IMG/VR virus record: IMGVR_UViG_3300025141_012307
DNA: 20,000 nucleotides
Source of the DNA: an uncultured virus (IMG/VR IMGVR_UViG_3300025141_012307)
Taxonomy: Duplodnaviria > Heunggongvirae > Uroviricota > Caudoviricetes
Direction: 5' to 3' (one strand)
Numbering within the stretch: the first letter of the stretch is position 1; each line of letters opens with the position of its first letter. Made by a program: the position numbers and the translations under genes. Positions 1-10,335 of the stretch are shown piece by piece. The notes below the pieces were generated by a model. The model was not told the origin of the DNA, did no database searches, and saw only the letters and a list, made by a program, of their open reading frames with translations.

Positions 1-1
1 A

Positions 2-76
2 ACATTACCAATGGCGTCTAATCAGCCAGTGACATTATCTTTACTGGCTACGCCAAATAATAACGAAGAGACATAA
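2..76 (+). CDS. 3' end of an upstream gene (partial, ...TLPMASNQPVTLSLLATPNNNEET*)
   Basis: Only + frame open from the window edge up to the next gene; TAA at 74-76 lies 7 nt before the ATG at 84, consistent with the tight packing elsewhere. Confidence 0.45.
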   Translation, partial: TLPMASNQPVTLSLLATPNNNEET

Positions 77-79
77 TTA
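74..79 (+). promoter_or_regulatory. Putative late-promoter box TAATTA, 4 nt upstream of ATG 84
   Basis: Same TAWWTA-N4-ATG geometry as at 12149 and 13243; no clear Shine-Dalgarno at the usual spacing. Overlaps the upstream stop codon, so it may be partly coincidental. Confidence 0.4.
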
Positions 80-83
80 AAGT

Positions 84-998
84 ATGGTAAAGTTTTTAAA
101 TCAAAAAGAGGAGGTTATTCGACTAGAACTAACTCCTTATGGAAAAGAGAAGTTCTCGAAAGGCGAACTAAAGCCAGAATATTATGCTTTTTATGATAAT
201 GATATTTTATATGACGGGGTGTATGGAGGACTGTCAGAATCTCAAAATAACATAGTCACCCGCATCAGTACACAAACTCCTCGGTTTGGCCCCCTCGTTC
301 GATTTACCGGAAGCGTTTCCCCGATAGTCTCCATGAGGAGTCTAAATCTTGCTAATAGCTTTAACCAGCAGGCTGAATATACTGCACCTTTTAATAGATA
401 TCTTGGTGACAGCAGCCCTTGGTCGGATTATGTTCCATCGTGGCATATCACTATAAACAGATATAGTGATGTTGCCTTATCGGGAACGACTAATTTTCGA
501 GCAGGAAATACTATCCCTGTCGTAAGCGCATCTTTAGTTATTGGGTATGATGTCTCTGCATTGCCGGGCACGGAAGATAATTTTTATAGACTAAGTGAAA
601 ACCAAAATATTACTCTAGATGTACAAGAAATAAACACTTTGTTCAAACTCAACGGGAACTATGATGTTGAAATCTTTAAAGTAGATGATTCAAACCAGAT
701 TACGGCGCTAGGGTTCATCAACCCAAATACAGAAAATGCTGATAATTTATTCTTTCAAGCAGAGGCTGGTGTTTTAGCCACTACAATTGAGGGCACAGAC
801 GATGATATTCTTCAAGCTTACCCGTCACTAGATAATAGTTATGTGGAATATTTCTTGGAAGTCTTAGTTGATCAAGAAGTCCCAGGGATTGAGATGCCAA
901 CTCACTCAACGGTTTATCGCCGAAATATAGAAAGAGAGCCGGGCAATATATGCGATATTGTAGATTCTATTGGCACAGCCGAGGATTGGGGATATTAA
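84..998 (+). CDS. Putative virion structural (tail/baseplate) protein, 304 aa; N-terminus paralogous to the 8271 protein
   Basis: Long ORF; FLNQKEEVIRLELTPYGKEKFSKGELKPEYYAFYDNDILY aligns by eye with FLNNSGDIILDAVLTEKGRQRLAAGDGSFRIAKFAFGDDEIDY; acidic, beta-rich composition. Confidence 0.6.
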   Translation: MVKFLNQKEEVIRLELTPYGKEKFSKGELKPEYYAFYDNDILYDGVYGGLSESQNNIVTRISTQTPRFGPLVRFTGSVSPIVSMRSLNLANSFNQQAEYTAPFNRYLGDSSPWSDYVPSWHITINRYSDVALSGTTNFRAGNTIPVVSASLVIGYDVSALPGTEDNFYRLSENQNITLDVQEINTLFKLNGNYDVEIFKVDDSNQITALGFINPNTENADNLFFQAEAGVLATTIEGTDDDILQAYPSLDNSYVEYFLEVLVDQEVPGIEMPTHSTVYRRNIEREPGNICDIVDSIGTAEDWGY

Positions 999-1001
999 AA
1001 T

Positions 1002-4000
1002 ATGTCTATTAGAATGATTAAGGATATAGAAATAAACTCGGTAACACTGGACTCTACAGATAAGAAGGAGTCCGGAACCAAGAGCACAATGTCTGTGTTC
1101 TCCTCTTTCCGCTTAACTTCAAAATCTAAATCAAGTGGGCACCTTTCCTTTTCAAATGTAAGAATGAGAGTAGTCGCCTCATACGGCAAGCATTCATCTG
1201 AAGTAATGGATTTTATAACTCAGAGGATCCAAGAATATAAGGGATTACAAGAACAAGATGGAAAGTTTTCTGCCAAGGTTCCGGCCCCACAATTTATTTC
1301 CTTCATGAAGGGCGACTTTTCCACTAAGTCTGCTGACAAAGGTTGTGAATATTTTTATGACTTCTTGGAAGAGTCACAACCACTATCACCATATTCTTCA
1401 AAAATGGCTGCCGTTCAATTAATGTTTAAAAACCAATTTGTTTATAACGGAGATGGAGTAAATTTACCGCCTTCTATGGCAATGTTTGATGCCCCGATCT
1501 CTGATCTGTTGGGAACAGAAGTATCTAAATTGGCTAACAAGGGGGACTACGACTCCCTTTCTGAAATCTTGATTCATCTTGATCCTATTCATTTTAAATT
1601 CAAGGAAACAGATTTAAAAAACACAAAACAGCTTAGCCTGTATGCCTATATGTACACTCTGTCAGATTCAGATGTTGGAGTATCCCAAATATCATTATCT
1701 ACAGGAATGACAAATCCTGTTTCAAAAACTCTAATAGGCAACAAGACTATTTGGAAAAGCATATCCTTAGATAACCCAATGATAGGAATAGGGAACAAGC
1801 CCAAAAAAGGCACGTTCTCCAAAACTACAACTACATCATCTCCAGATAAGCAAAAGCTGACAATTTTTAATTCTAATAATAATGCCTGGGCTTTATTTTC
1901 TAGTATTGCCCAGATAGAAAAGAACCTTACGAGCCCACCTGCCTCTGCCAAAATAACCCGGAGAGAGGGAATAAGAAAAATTGTCAAAAAAGGGAACTAC
2001 TTCTCTAATTTTTGGCTCACAAAAGATAGTCAAGAGAATCATCGGTTCTCTTTTGCTTTCGACCTAGAATCATATTTGGCAGAACACAGTCTATTCCCGT
2101 ATCTTTACAGAAATAGAGACACGTCAGTCCAGATTCTTGACGGAACAGGACTAATGGACACTCAGTCTCCGTCATATATTATGAACATGACAGCAAAGAG
2201 AATCTTTATAGACCCGCCTTCTAATCTTCCTATTAATAATCTTGGAACAAACGGTTATTCTACTGAACTAGGGCCAAATAGTGATTTCCCGCAGAAGATA
2301 ATAATGAATGTTTCTAGGCTAGATGATATAGCAATCCCAAATATCGACTCTTCAATCGGGCAAACTATAGCTAAGAATAAGATTTCCTTTTTTGAGGGGA
2401 AAGATATTTTAAACGAAGGGGGGGATCCAAATGCAAGACATGATGGCTCTTTTCGTTACGGCGTAGATTATACAATATATGATGCTTCTCCTATTTTTAT
2501 AAGGGAAGCCCTAAAGCGGTTGATCTTAGTGAGGAATATTTTAGACGACTTGCATTATAAATTGACAAATACTCCATTACGACCAACAGCGGAACACGCT
2601 ACTTTTGTAGATGTTCAGAATATATTTGACCACAACACTGGATATCTAACTTCTAAAGCATCGGAAATCCGAACCTATAATAAGCACGCCGGCAAGTCTT
2701 GGAGCGTAGAAGAACATCTATCATATGCCATGACCGAGTACAAGGGAATAATTCAAAACTTTGCAGATAAAGTGGACACGCTTCCTTTAGATTATTTTGC
2801 AGATCGCTTTAGCGCTGAATATTTAAGGGTTTCGTACATACAGGAATTCATTGAACATATGAATATCTTTATCCATATGTTGTACCGTCGCTTATCTGAA
2901 GTTTTTCCAACTAATCCTTTAGGAAGAGACATAAGCTCACTGGAAAGAAACAATTTCGAGTCTAGAGGGGTCTCTGAGTTTAAAATGCCTTTAATGCGCG
3001 GGTCTCACTATTTTGATAAAAAAGTAATTGTTGGAAAAGATTATGGGTTTGGAATAGATTATTTAATTAAAACAGAGAATGACAGTAGTGATCGTAATGG
3101 GTTGTCTCGGATCCTTATATCAGAGTATGGTATTCGCATTGGAGCGGAGATTGGTAAGTATTTCAAGACAGCCGGCAGCGCCGAACCCGCCCGGGCCGCC
3201 GTGGCATATGGATCCCTGGCTCCTGTTTTGGGAGAGTCAGCCTATAAGTTTTTTACCCCATTAATTATCCGAGTCCCAAACAGAAAAGACATAATCCAAA
3301 CAGCAGAAGTGCAAGGTTCTGTATATCCATTGTCAGAATATGCTCAAATGTTTGTTGATGTGTTTCGTCATAAAAGCCTAATACATCCAGGGGGACTTCA
3401 CGATCCTCTAATATTAGACAATGACCAGAAATTAAGTGCTAACGGACGCTTATATGACTGTGTAGTTGGGTTATTACAAGAACAGCACGAATCAAGTATT
3501 AATGATTCCCCGACTATACAATATCCCTCTCTTGACTCTATCGCTACTGCGAAAGATATCTCAACCTCCCTTGACGTTCCACGGCACAATTATCTTCCAA
3601 TCCTTGACGGGCCTTTGGCAATTCCATCTATTATTGGCGGGAAGAGCGATCTCGGCTCTGCTGATAAAGCCTATTTCAATGCAGTGGACTCCTCCCTGGC
3701 ATCGATCTATGCCATTAACAAGGAGGGGTATAAAGATGAGAAGCAATCCGAACTAAAAGAAGTGCAGCGACCCATTAAGTTTCCTTTCGCTATTTTTGGA
3801 GAGCTATCTATAGATCCCGAACTTAGGCTAGCAGTGACATATCAAGATAAGATGATCAATTCTCTCAAGAATTTAAGTAGTGCTTTGTCTCTGTCCCACG
3901 AAAATATAGGAAGCTTTTTATCCTCACCGAGCGCTAGTGAAATACCATCCTCTATTAAGAGTATGTTAATCCTGGCATCCACAAGTGATCAAAATCCAAT

Positions 4001-4835
4001 TATCAATCTTAACCTCGATGTAATCCGCCCAGTCTTAGAAGATAAAGACTCTGACACAAGCAATAACAATATTGGAGTAGAGATCTTCGGCGAAGGAAAT
4101 AATATTCAAGTCACGGGCGACCCGATGAAAATATATGCTAAGTTTATGGCCTTCTGGATGAACTATAAACAAATTGCCATAGTAGAATATTTGGCAGGAT
4201 TTGGCAGCCTTGATAATATGGACATGCCAGAACTGCAAGCTGACGGGACTCGTTTCAATAAGCTCAAGTTATCCCAGTGGCGACCATTTACTCAAAACAT
4301 ATTAGTCGCCGCAGAGAAGACCAGAAAAAAAGTCCTGTGTCGAATTCGGAACTATACTCTTGCGGAATATATTGATTCTCTTTCTGGAAGCATGAAGCGT
4401 AACCCGCACGCAGAATATGATGAAAAGATATATGATTTTCCGGTTTATAACCGATACTTTTTTCTGGGAGAAGACAATAAAGAAAAAACAGATGACGAAA
4501 AGATAGAAGAAAGTAAGCTTAAAACATCAGAAAACGAATGCCATGACCATACTTATTATGTAGACGAAAAAGGAAACGGATGGACATCTGAAGCCATCCA
4601 TACTGAAAGCTCCGAAGTGAAACATAAGCACCAAATAATCAACTATGAAGTTCAAAGTGCTCAAAGCCACTGTTACCCAAATTGTGAGGCGAAATATGGA
4701 GTTAAGGGCGCGCCTCCCCACGCTCATAAGCTATTGGGGGAGCAAGCACACACACCAGCTAGGCAGCCAAGAATAACAAAAGAGTCTCTGGATTCAGTCT
4801 TGTTACAGTCGAATATCCCTAGGAGCATCTACTAA
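1002..4835 (+). CDS. Large hypothetical protein (1277 aa), probably virion-associated, with a C-terminal HxH/Cys metal-binding module
   Basis: Uninterrupted ORF 3 nt after the previous stop; C-terminal CHDH...HKH...HCYPNC...HAH; lies within the structural cluster. The ORF is secure, the function is inferred. Confidence 0.6.
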   Translation: MSIRMIKDIEINSVTLDSTDKKESGTKSTMSVFSSFRLTSKSKSSGHLSFSNVRMRVVASYGKHSSEVMDFITQRIQEYKGLQEQDGKFSAKVPAPQFISFMKGDFSTKSADKGCEYFYDFLEESQPLSPYSSKMAAVQLMFKNQFVYNGDGVNLPPSMAMFDAPISDLLGTEVSKLANKGDYDSLSEILIHLDPIHFKFKETDLKNTKQLSLYAYMYTLSDSDVGVSQISLSTGMTNPVSKTLIGNKTIWKSISLDNPMIGIGNKPKKGTFSKTTTTSSPDKQKLTIFNSNNNAWALFSSIAQIEKNLTSPPASAKITRREGIRKIVKKGNYFSNFWLTKDSQENHRFSFAFDLESYLAEHSLFPYLYRNRDTSVQILDGTGLMDTQSPSYIMNMTAKRIFIDPPSNLPINNLGTNGYSTELGPNSDFPQKIIMNVSRLDDIAIPNIDSSIGQTIAKNKISFFEGKDILNEGGDPNARHDGSFRYGVDYTIYDASPIFIREALKRLILVRNILDDLHYKLTNTPLRPTAEHATFVDVQNIFDHNTGYLTSKASEIRTYNKHAGKSWSVEEHLSYAMTEYKGIIQNFADKVDTLPLDYFADRFSAEYLRVSYIQEFIEHMNIFIHMLYRRLSEVFPTNPLGRDISSLERNNFESRGVSEFKMPLMRGSHYFDKKVIVGKDYGFGIDYLIKTENDSSDRNGLSRILISEYGIRIGAEIGKYFKTAGSAEPARAAVAYGSLAPVLGESAYKFFTPLIIRVPNRKDIIQTAEVQGSVYPLSEYAQMFVDVFRHKSLIHPGGLHDPLILDNDQKLSANGRLYDCVVGLLQEQHESSINDSPTIQYPSLDSIATAKDISTSLDVPRHNYLPILDGPLAIPSIIGGKSDLGSADKAYFNAVDSSLASIYAINKEGYKDEKQSELKEVQRPIKFPFAIFGELSIDPELRLAVTYQDKMINSLKNLSSALSLSHENIGSFLSSPSASEIPSSIKSMLILASTSDQNPIINLNLDVIRPVLEDKDSDTSNNNIGVEIFGEGNNIQVTGDPMKIYAKFMAFWMNYKQIAIVEYLAGFGSLDNMDMPELQADGTRFNKLKLSQWRPFTQNILVAAEKTRKKVLCRIRNYTLAEYIDSLSGSMKRNPHAEYDEKIYDFPVYNRYFFLGEDNKEKTDDEKIEESKLKTSENECHDHTYYVDEKGNGWTSEAIHTESSEVKHKHQIINYEVQSAQSHCYPNCEAKYGVKGAPPHAHKLLGEQAHTPARQPRITKESLDSVLLQSNIPRSIY

Positions 4836-7800
4836 TGGCTCAAGCACCACCACCTCGCCAGGCAGGACGCCAACTGCGTCAAAACCGCCACTCTAATCAG
4901 CCTGCCCAGCAAGGCACCGGAAGATCTCTATCTATCGAGAAGCCGGTCGCTATTGGCGAACAAGACCCTCTTCTAATGTACTACTATTATCAGGAATCTG
5001 TTCGGGGATCTGATTTGTCTCCAGATACTGATCCTATGTTAATTTTTAAATCTCCTGCTTCTGTTGGGCTGCCAGCCAGTTTACAGAGCAGAGTAGATAT
5101 TTACGAATGGTCAGTGGGAGGTTTTCAATTCGCCGGCGACGCGCCATTAAGGCCAACGGCAGAGGAATACCGAGCATGGAAATTTTCCTATATTACTCGA
5201 AACTATGGCGGCGCAGAGGCTAAATTTTGTGGAAATATATCTACAGACCCTTCTTTATCGATTAACCTGCCACGATTTTTCGAGGCAGAAAGAGAAAGAA
5301 CCTATAGAAAACTTCTCAGGAACTCAGCAGTCCAAGAATTTCTAGGATCTTTCTCAGCAGACAGCGGAGAAGTGACACAATTCTTGATCAACCTCCAGTC
5401 CCAGGTCGGGGGACAAAATGCTCCTATAATTAATGCACTAGGAATTACCGTAGAGGAAGTTTTTGGTACCACTCTTGACGCTCAACAGTTTGTTGTTGAC
5501 GACGAGGATACTTTATGGACAATAATCGACCGCCTTAATCGAAACCCGGAAGCTCCTCGTGATGACGCTGCCCCGCCAACTCTAGCGCCTGGATTTATTT
5601 TCCGTTCTATTATAGGCATAAGTCGGCGCTTTCCGCGCTTTGCATTTGGCAAGCTTTTGGAGCTAGCGGCCAATTCCCCCGAATACCAAAACCCAGAAGA
5701 AACATTCCAGTGGTCGTACTACAGAACAAATCAGGTTACTCCGTTTGTTGACCAGTATGAGAGCCGCCTATATTTAAATGAGAGCCGAAGAACAAGTAAG
5801 CCAGCGGCAGTCTCTCCGAACTATAATCTGTATATTCCAGGATATGAGAAGTCTATAGCCTTAGACTCAATTCACGAAACCTCTCTTACTAACGGGTATG
5901 CCTATCATTTGGTTTCTGACTCTATTCTAGCTCCGGGTGTTTCTCCTGATGCTGGTGACTTAAGGATACCTTCTCATAATTTAGTCGCACCAGAACTATT
6001 GGCAGGGGCTGAATCTCCTGAGTGGCCCGGCATTGACCCAATATTAATGGACCAAGAACAGATTAGAGAAAACGGGGAAATCACCATCGGGGTAATGTCT
6101 GACGCCCTTACTTTTGGCGGCGACCTTCCAAGGAGTGCCATATACCAAAATCCTATAAACCCAAATACTCGCCAAGCAAGCCAAGAAGATTCGCCGCTCC
6201 CATCTTCTGTGTCAGATTATTATACCCTAGTATCAAGAACCATAGGTAGTACTACCTCTTCTTCCGGCGAAGTGACAGAGACAATTATATTACCAGCAAC
6301 TGATCAAGATCTTGTTAATGATTTTAGTGGGAAGCATCATGTGTTTCCTTTTAATATATCTGTCAGCTTCCGCCGAGATGCTGAAAATAATCATGCATCG
6401 ACACTGATATATCAGCAACTACAGAGCGTTGGGGTATTGTCTGGGCTTTCGGCTTCTGCCCCAACACCTAGAGAATGTTCTGTAGAAACTTCGAACCTTG
6501 CACATGATCCCCACGGTCGAGTCCAACGAACACCCATCAGGAGACAAAATAAGGGGCTTATGTTCTACAATCTTCCTGATATAATCTCATATGGATCAGA
6601 GGACAATCAACTTGTGAAACCACTAGTTGTGACTGATCATTGCATGGAGGGCTCCACAGGGCTACGTCCATATCCCTATGCCCTAGGGGGTCACCAAAGC
6701 AGTCTGGGCACTAGTTTACAAGGTGTTGCAAATGTTAAGAGTAAAAAATACCAAGAAATTTTAGACATTTCTTCTAGAAATAGTCAAACAAGATCACATA
6801 CCACCTCTGAGGCTATTGGATATAAAATAACTAAATACAGACTGAATAAAACAGAAGAAAATATTTGGCAGCCTGGGCCAACGCTTCAGACTATCATGAT
6901 TGGGAACACGCCAATATTAGAGGGGCAAAGAGCAGAAGTTCAGGATTTGACATATGTTGACACTCAGATTAAATACGGGGATGTTTATGGATATTCACTT
7001 TTTGAATATCGTTTAATTTATAGTACAGAATATGAATTATTTATGGATGGTTTAAGTGTTCCCGCGGGACTGGAAGGGAATGCCGCTGACGTTATTAGTG
7101 CTCTGATGGGAAACAGGCCTAGTCCTATTAGTTATCGGTGTTATGTTCTCCGCCGACCAAAGATAGAACTAGTAGAGGTGCCGGTTTATGATAGGACATT
7201 CTATGCCACCAATGATGCCGGCGACCGAGTGCCATGGGATGCGTCTAGCGCACAGGTATTTGATAGAAGTTTCGGCATTTCGTACCCGCCTGTAAAGGTA
7301 ATGGACGCACCCCCGCCACCGCCAGATATTGAAGTCTTCCCCTTGAAGGGAAGAAAGAACCAAGTTAAAATAAGAATGTCCCCCTCTACTGGGGTCTATG
7401 AAGGTCTTAACGCCCTCCCTATAGTATTTATTCCACACGGAGGGACTTTCCATCCTGGCGATGGAACTAGCCTTCTAGATATTATGAGGTATCAAAGACA
7501 ATACGCGATGCCGCCGCCAGAACCTAAAGAGTGGCCCGGAGAAGTAGGATTAGTGGCAACAGCAAATTGTAAATCTGAAGGCGTAACCGAAATAAAGGCG
7601 ATGAGAGTGTACAGGTCACTGGAGATAGATCAGACTGCAACATCTTCACTACGCGCATATCAATCATTTGATCCAGAGAAGAACCCAGATTCGGTAAGGC
7701 ACCTTACTTTGATTAATACTTTGTATGCGCCAGAAATGGAAGTAAATGAAGATTCTGGACAGGTTGGCGTCTTATCTTTCAATATAACTGACGAGATTGA

Positions 7801-8203
7801 AACAAATACTTATTACTATTATACATGTGTGGCAGTCGATGCACACGATAATGTCTCTTCTCCTTCTGCAATTTATCAGGTACGTCTTGTTTATGATAAG
7901 GGTCTTCTGATACCGGAAGTTAATATATATGAACACAGCCCTATGCCGGCAACTGTTCCAACTAAAAAATTTGCACGCTTCATGCAAATTAGGCCGTCCC
8001 CTCTTCAGTCAAACCCTTTTACCGAAAGAGACGATGAGGGTCGTATAACTTCTATCCGGAACCTTGCCGGGCAGCCAGGTCAAAGCTCTATTGTTGGTAA
8101 TAAATTCATTGTCCGTCTTACATCTAGGGACACCGGAAGAAAGTTTGATATCGAACTTGATTTCAATTATGAAGATAACCCAATCGCAGACGAAGAGGAA
8201 TAA
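4835..8203 (+). CDS. Large putative virion protein (1122 aa) with fibronectin-III/Ig-like beta-sandwich segments
   Basis: TAATG stop/start overlap with the upstream gene; FN3-like strands YVDTQIKYGDVYGY, RVYRS and DEIETNTYYYYTCVAVDAHDNVSSPS. Confidence 0.6.
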   Translation: MAQAPPPRQAGRQLRQNRHSNQPAQQGTGRSLSIEKPVAIGEQDPLLMYYYYQESVRGSDLSPDTDPMLIFKSPASVGLPASLQSRVDIYEWSVGGFQFAGDAPLRPTAEEYRAWKFSYITRNYGGAEAKFCGNISTDPSLSINLPRFFEAERERTYRKLLRNSAVQEFLGSFSADSGEVTQFLINLQSQVGGQNAPIINALGITVEEVFGTTLDAQQFVVDDEDTLWTIIDRLNRNPEAPRDDAAPPTLAPGFIFRSIIGISRRFPRFAFGKLLELAANSPEYQNPEETFQWSYYRTNQVTPFVDQYESRLYLNESRRTSKPAAVSPNYNLYIPGYEKSIALDSIHETSLTNGYAYHLVSDSILAPGVSPDAGDLRIPSHNLVAPELLAGAESPEWPGIDPILMDQEQIRENGEITIGVMSDALTFGGDLPRSAIYQNPINPNTRQASQEDSPLPSSVSDYYTLVSRTIGSTTSSSGEVTETIILPATDQDLVNDFSGKHHVFPFNISVSFRRDAENNHASTLIYQQLQSVGVLSGLSASAPTPRECSVETSNLAHDPHGRVQRTPIRRQNKGLMFYNLPDIISYGSEDNQLVKPLVVTDHCMEGSTGLRPYPYALGGHQSSLGTSLQGVANVKSKKYQEILDISSRNSQTRSHTTSEAIGYKITKYRLNKTEENIWQPGPTLQTIMIGNTPILEGQRAEVQDLTYVDTQIKYGDVYGYSLFEYRLIYSTEYELFMDGLSVPAGLEGNAADVISALMGNRPSPISYRCYVLRRPKIELVEVPVYDRTFYATNDAGDRVPWDASSAQVFDRSFGISYPPVKVMDAPPPPPDIEVFPLKGRKNQVKIRMSPSTGVYEGLNALPIVFIPHGGTFHPGDGTSLLDIMRYQRQYAMPPPEPKEWPGEVGLVATANCKSEGVTEIKAMRVYRSLEIDQTATSSLRAYQSFDPEKNPDSVRHLTLINTLYAPEMEVNEDSGQVGVLSFNITDEIETNTYYYYTCVAVDAHDNVSSPSAIYQVRLVYDKGLLIPEVNIYEHSPMPATVPTKKFARFMQIRPSPLQSNPFTERDDEGRITSIRNLAGQPGQSSIVGNKFIVRLTSRDTGRKFDIELDFNYEDNPIADEEE

Positions 8204-8227
8204 ATGATTATTTTGCAGAAGCGAGAC

Positions 8228-8233
8228 TATTTA
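8228..8233 (+). promoter_or_regulatory. Putative late-promoter box (c)TATTTA upstream of the 8271-11559 structural genes
   Basis: In a 67-nt intergenic gap, 43 nt before the ATG; the same CTATTTA occurs at 17043-17049; SD-like GAGGG at 8260-8264. Confidence 0.45.
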
Positions 8234-8270
8234 ATAAGAACTAGCAACTAGTTTATTATGAGGGAAAGTT

Positions 8271-9257
8271 ATGGCATTCTTAAACAATAGTGGTGATATT
8301 ATACTTGATGCGGTGCTGACCGAGAAGGGACGGCAACGTTTGGCTGCTGGTGATGGCAGCTTCAGGATCGCTAAATTTGCGTTCGGAGACGACGAAATAG
8401 ATTACTCCCTTTATACGCCAGTAACATCTTCAGGATATCAGGACTTGCGGATACTTAAGCTTCCTATTTTTGAGTCGTTTACTAATAATGCCGCAGCCCT
8501 TAAAAGCAAGCTTCTCACTTATGCTGATGAGACTCTTTTATATCTTCCCGTTATTAAGCTTAATAGTCTGACTCGGTTTGGTGCCTCAACAGCAGCATCA
8601 CCGGGACCAGTAGGCGGGTATTATGTGTCGGTCGATCAGACTACCACAACGCAAATTGGAGATAATCAATCCGGATACCGCTATGCTGACGCAAATTCTA
8701 TAGCTTCAAATGCCTCCCAAATAGTTTTTGACCAAGGTCTTGATAGCGAAGAGTTGACTTTAGGGTATTTGTCGGCAAGACAGGCAGAATTACTTGAGAC
8801 AGAGTATATGGTTGAATGTGATAATCGTCTCCTAATGTTAGCCACAACGGACGGGCAGGGCATGGCGATCGCCAGTTTTATCGATGATGATAGTGTGGCG
8901 AGCTATTATTTTAATATGAACTCAGACGGTCACTATTTTGGGGCTCAGCCAGGTGGTGCCAACGCCCAAAATGCTAATGCAACTATCCCCTTTATTATTA
9001 ACAATATGGGTCCAAATGCCACCCAAGAAGGGTCGGCGATTGGAAGTTCTACCCGCGGTCGATTAGGGAGCCGATTAACCTTTCGTCTGAAATCCTCCCA
9101 GGATATAGAGACAGGAACAACGCTCTTTACAGAGCTTGGAAGTACGGTAGTAATTGATACTGTTACCTACTATTATATTGATACCGTCATTCGAGTCACG
9201 GGAGTCACCACGGGATATCGAGTAGATGTACCCCTTAAACTCTTGAAGAAACAATAG
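8271..9257 (+). CDS. Putative virion structural protein (baseplate/fibre-attachment related), 328 aa
   Basis: SD-like GAGGG; N-terminal LTEKGRQRLAAG..FRIAKFAFGD resembles the N-terminal half of the tail-collar fibre domain (DUF3751, P2 gpH N-terminus); G/S/T/A/N-rich. Confidence 0.65.
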   Translation: MAFLNNSGDIILDAVLTEKGRQRLAAGDGSFRIAKFAFGDDEIDYSLYTPVTSSGYQDLRILKLPIFESFTNNAAALKSKLLTYADETLLYLPVIKLNSLTRFGASTAASPGPVGGYYVSVDQTTTTQIGDNQSGYRYADANSIASNASQIVFDQGLDSEELTLGYLSARQAELLETEYMVECDNRLLMLATTDGQGMAIASFIDDDSVASYYFNMNSDGHYFGAQPGGANAQNANATIPFIINNMGPNATQEGSAIGSSTRGRLGSRLTFRLKSSQDIETGTTLFTELGSTVVIDTVTYYYIDTVIRVTGVTTGYRVDVPLKLLKKQ

Positions 9258-9267
9258 GAAATAAAAT

Positions 9268-10323
9268 ATGGCTACTAGCTTTAAGACTCTCTTACCTAAC
9301 GATATCCAAAGCAGCCGAACAAAACTGCATGAATCTATCCCTTTGACAGGGACGATAATTTCAGGAACATATTCAGATAATAATATTAAGAACTACTCTC
9401 ACGGGATGTTCCAATCAATATATGATTATCCTTATCTAAGTTCTTCGGCTAACCACATATTTGACATGACTGCTGGATTCTCTTCTAACTCCGGACTTTC
9501 CGGATCAACAGGGGTAACCCAGAATGATCCAAAAATAGATATTTATAATGAAATGTCCCAGATGTTGGCCGGGTACAGTTCTTCAGGGAGCATACATCCT
9601 TTTGATCACAGCGGGTCGTTTGGCTCAAATGCCGCAGCCACTACGATGAAAGATGTCATTGTTTTTAATTTTGCTAGGCTGCTTACTAAAGATCAGATAC
9701 AAGTTTCTTCCAATGGTTTCCAAATGAAATTCGGCGTTGGCGCTGCCTATTCCACGCCCTTCTCGGATACAGTAATTGTTCAAGATAATAACGGAACTAA
9801 CGCCTACACTAATTCTCCTGCCGGTGAGTTTAATACTCTGTTCGCAACAAACGCCGGAGTAGTGACTAACGAAGCCTGCGGTTTAGTATTCTATGATGCC
9901 GGCGTAGCTATCCTTACTGCTTCCCTATTCTCTTCTACTTTCAATGGTGCAACAGATTGTATCATGGATGACGGTGGGCTAGATATGGAAGAACTATTAG
10001 TATCAGGATCAATTAGTTCAAGCTGTGATGCAATCCGTCGCAGGATAGATAATATATCCTTCAACAACACCACCGAACTTAATTCTACTATCTATTTCTG
10101 CCGATCTAGCTTCAATGAGTTTAATTATAGTAGCAACCCTACTTATGTTACGGGAAGCAAACTAAGAGTCAAGAGTGTCGCTACCGACGATCCAGTGTCT
10201 TACATTACGACGGTAGGACTGTACAGCCCCGATAATGAATTGCTAGCAGTTGGCAAGGTAAGCGAGCCTCTAAAAAAGACTCCAAGCAACGAATACACTC
10301 TTCGGGTAAGACTAGACTACTAG
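9268..10323 (+). CDS. Putative virion structural (tail/baseplate) protein, 351 aa
   Basis: S/G/T/N-rich; C-terminal YITTVGLYSPDNELLAVGKVSEPLKK resembles the E-x-G-L-x-D...L-x-A-V-A half of DUF3751; paralogous to the C-terminus of the 10336 protein. Confidence 0.65.
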   Translation: MATSFKTLLPNDIQSSRTKLHESIPLTGTIISGTYSDNNIKNYSHGMFQSIYDYPYLSSSANHIFDMTAGFSSNSGLSGSTGVTQNDPKIDIYNEMSQMLAGYSSSGSIHPFDHSGSFGSNAAATTMKDVIVFNFARLLTKDQIQVSSNGFQMKFGVGAAYSTPFSDTVIVQDNNGTNAYTNSPAGEFNTLFATNAGVVTNEACGLVFYDAGVAILTASLFSSTFNGATDCIMDDGGLDMEELLVSGSISSSCDAIRRRIDNISFNNTTELNSTIYFCRSSFNEFNYSSNPTYVTGSKLRVKSVATDDPVSYITTVGLYSPDNELLAVGKVSEPLKKTPSNEYTLRVRLDY

Positions 10324-10335
10324 CAGGAGGTTGGA

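Noticed and set aside
3168..3210. GC-rich patch inside the 1277-aa gene (similar patch near 13735-13780)
   Set aside because: Explained by Ala/Pro/Gly codons in frame; no boundaries suggesting an inserted element.
1002..8203. Inteins, introns or RNA polymerase subunits in the two very large ORFs
   Set aside because: No intein C/S...HN splice motifs, LAGLIDADG/HNH motifs or DxDGD polymerase signature recognised.
8232..8258. Hairpin taata-ag-aactag-caa-ctagtt-tatta as a terminator or SD switch
   Set aside because: AT-rich stem with a bulge and 3-nt loop, no U-tract, and it does not cover the SD at 8260-8264.
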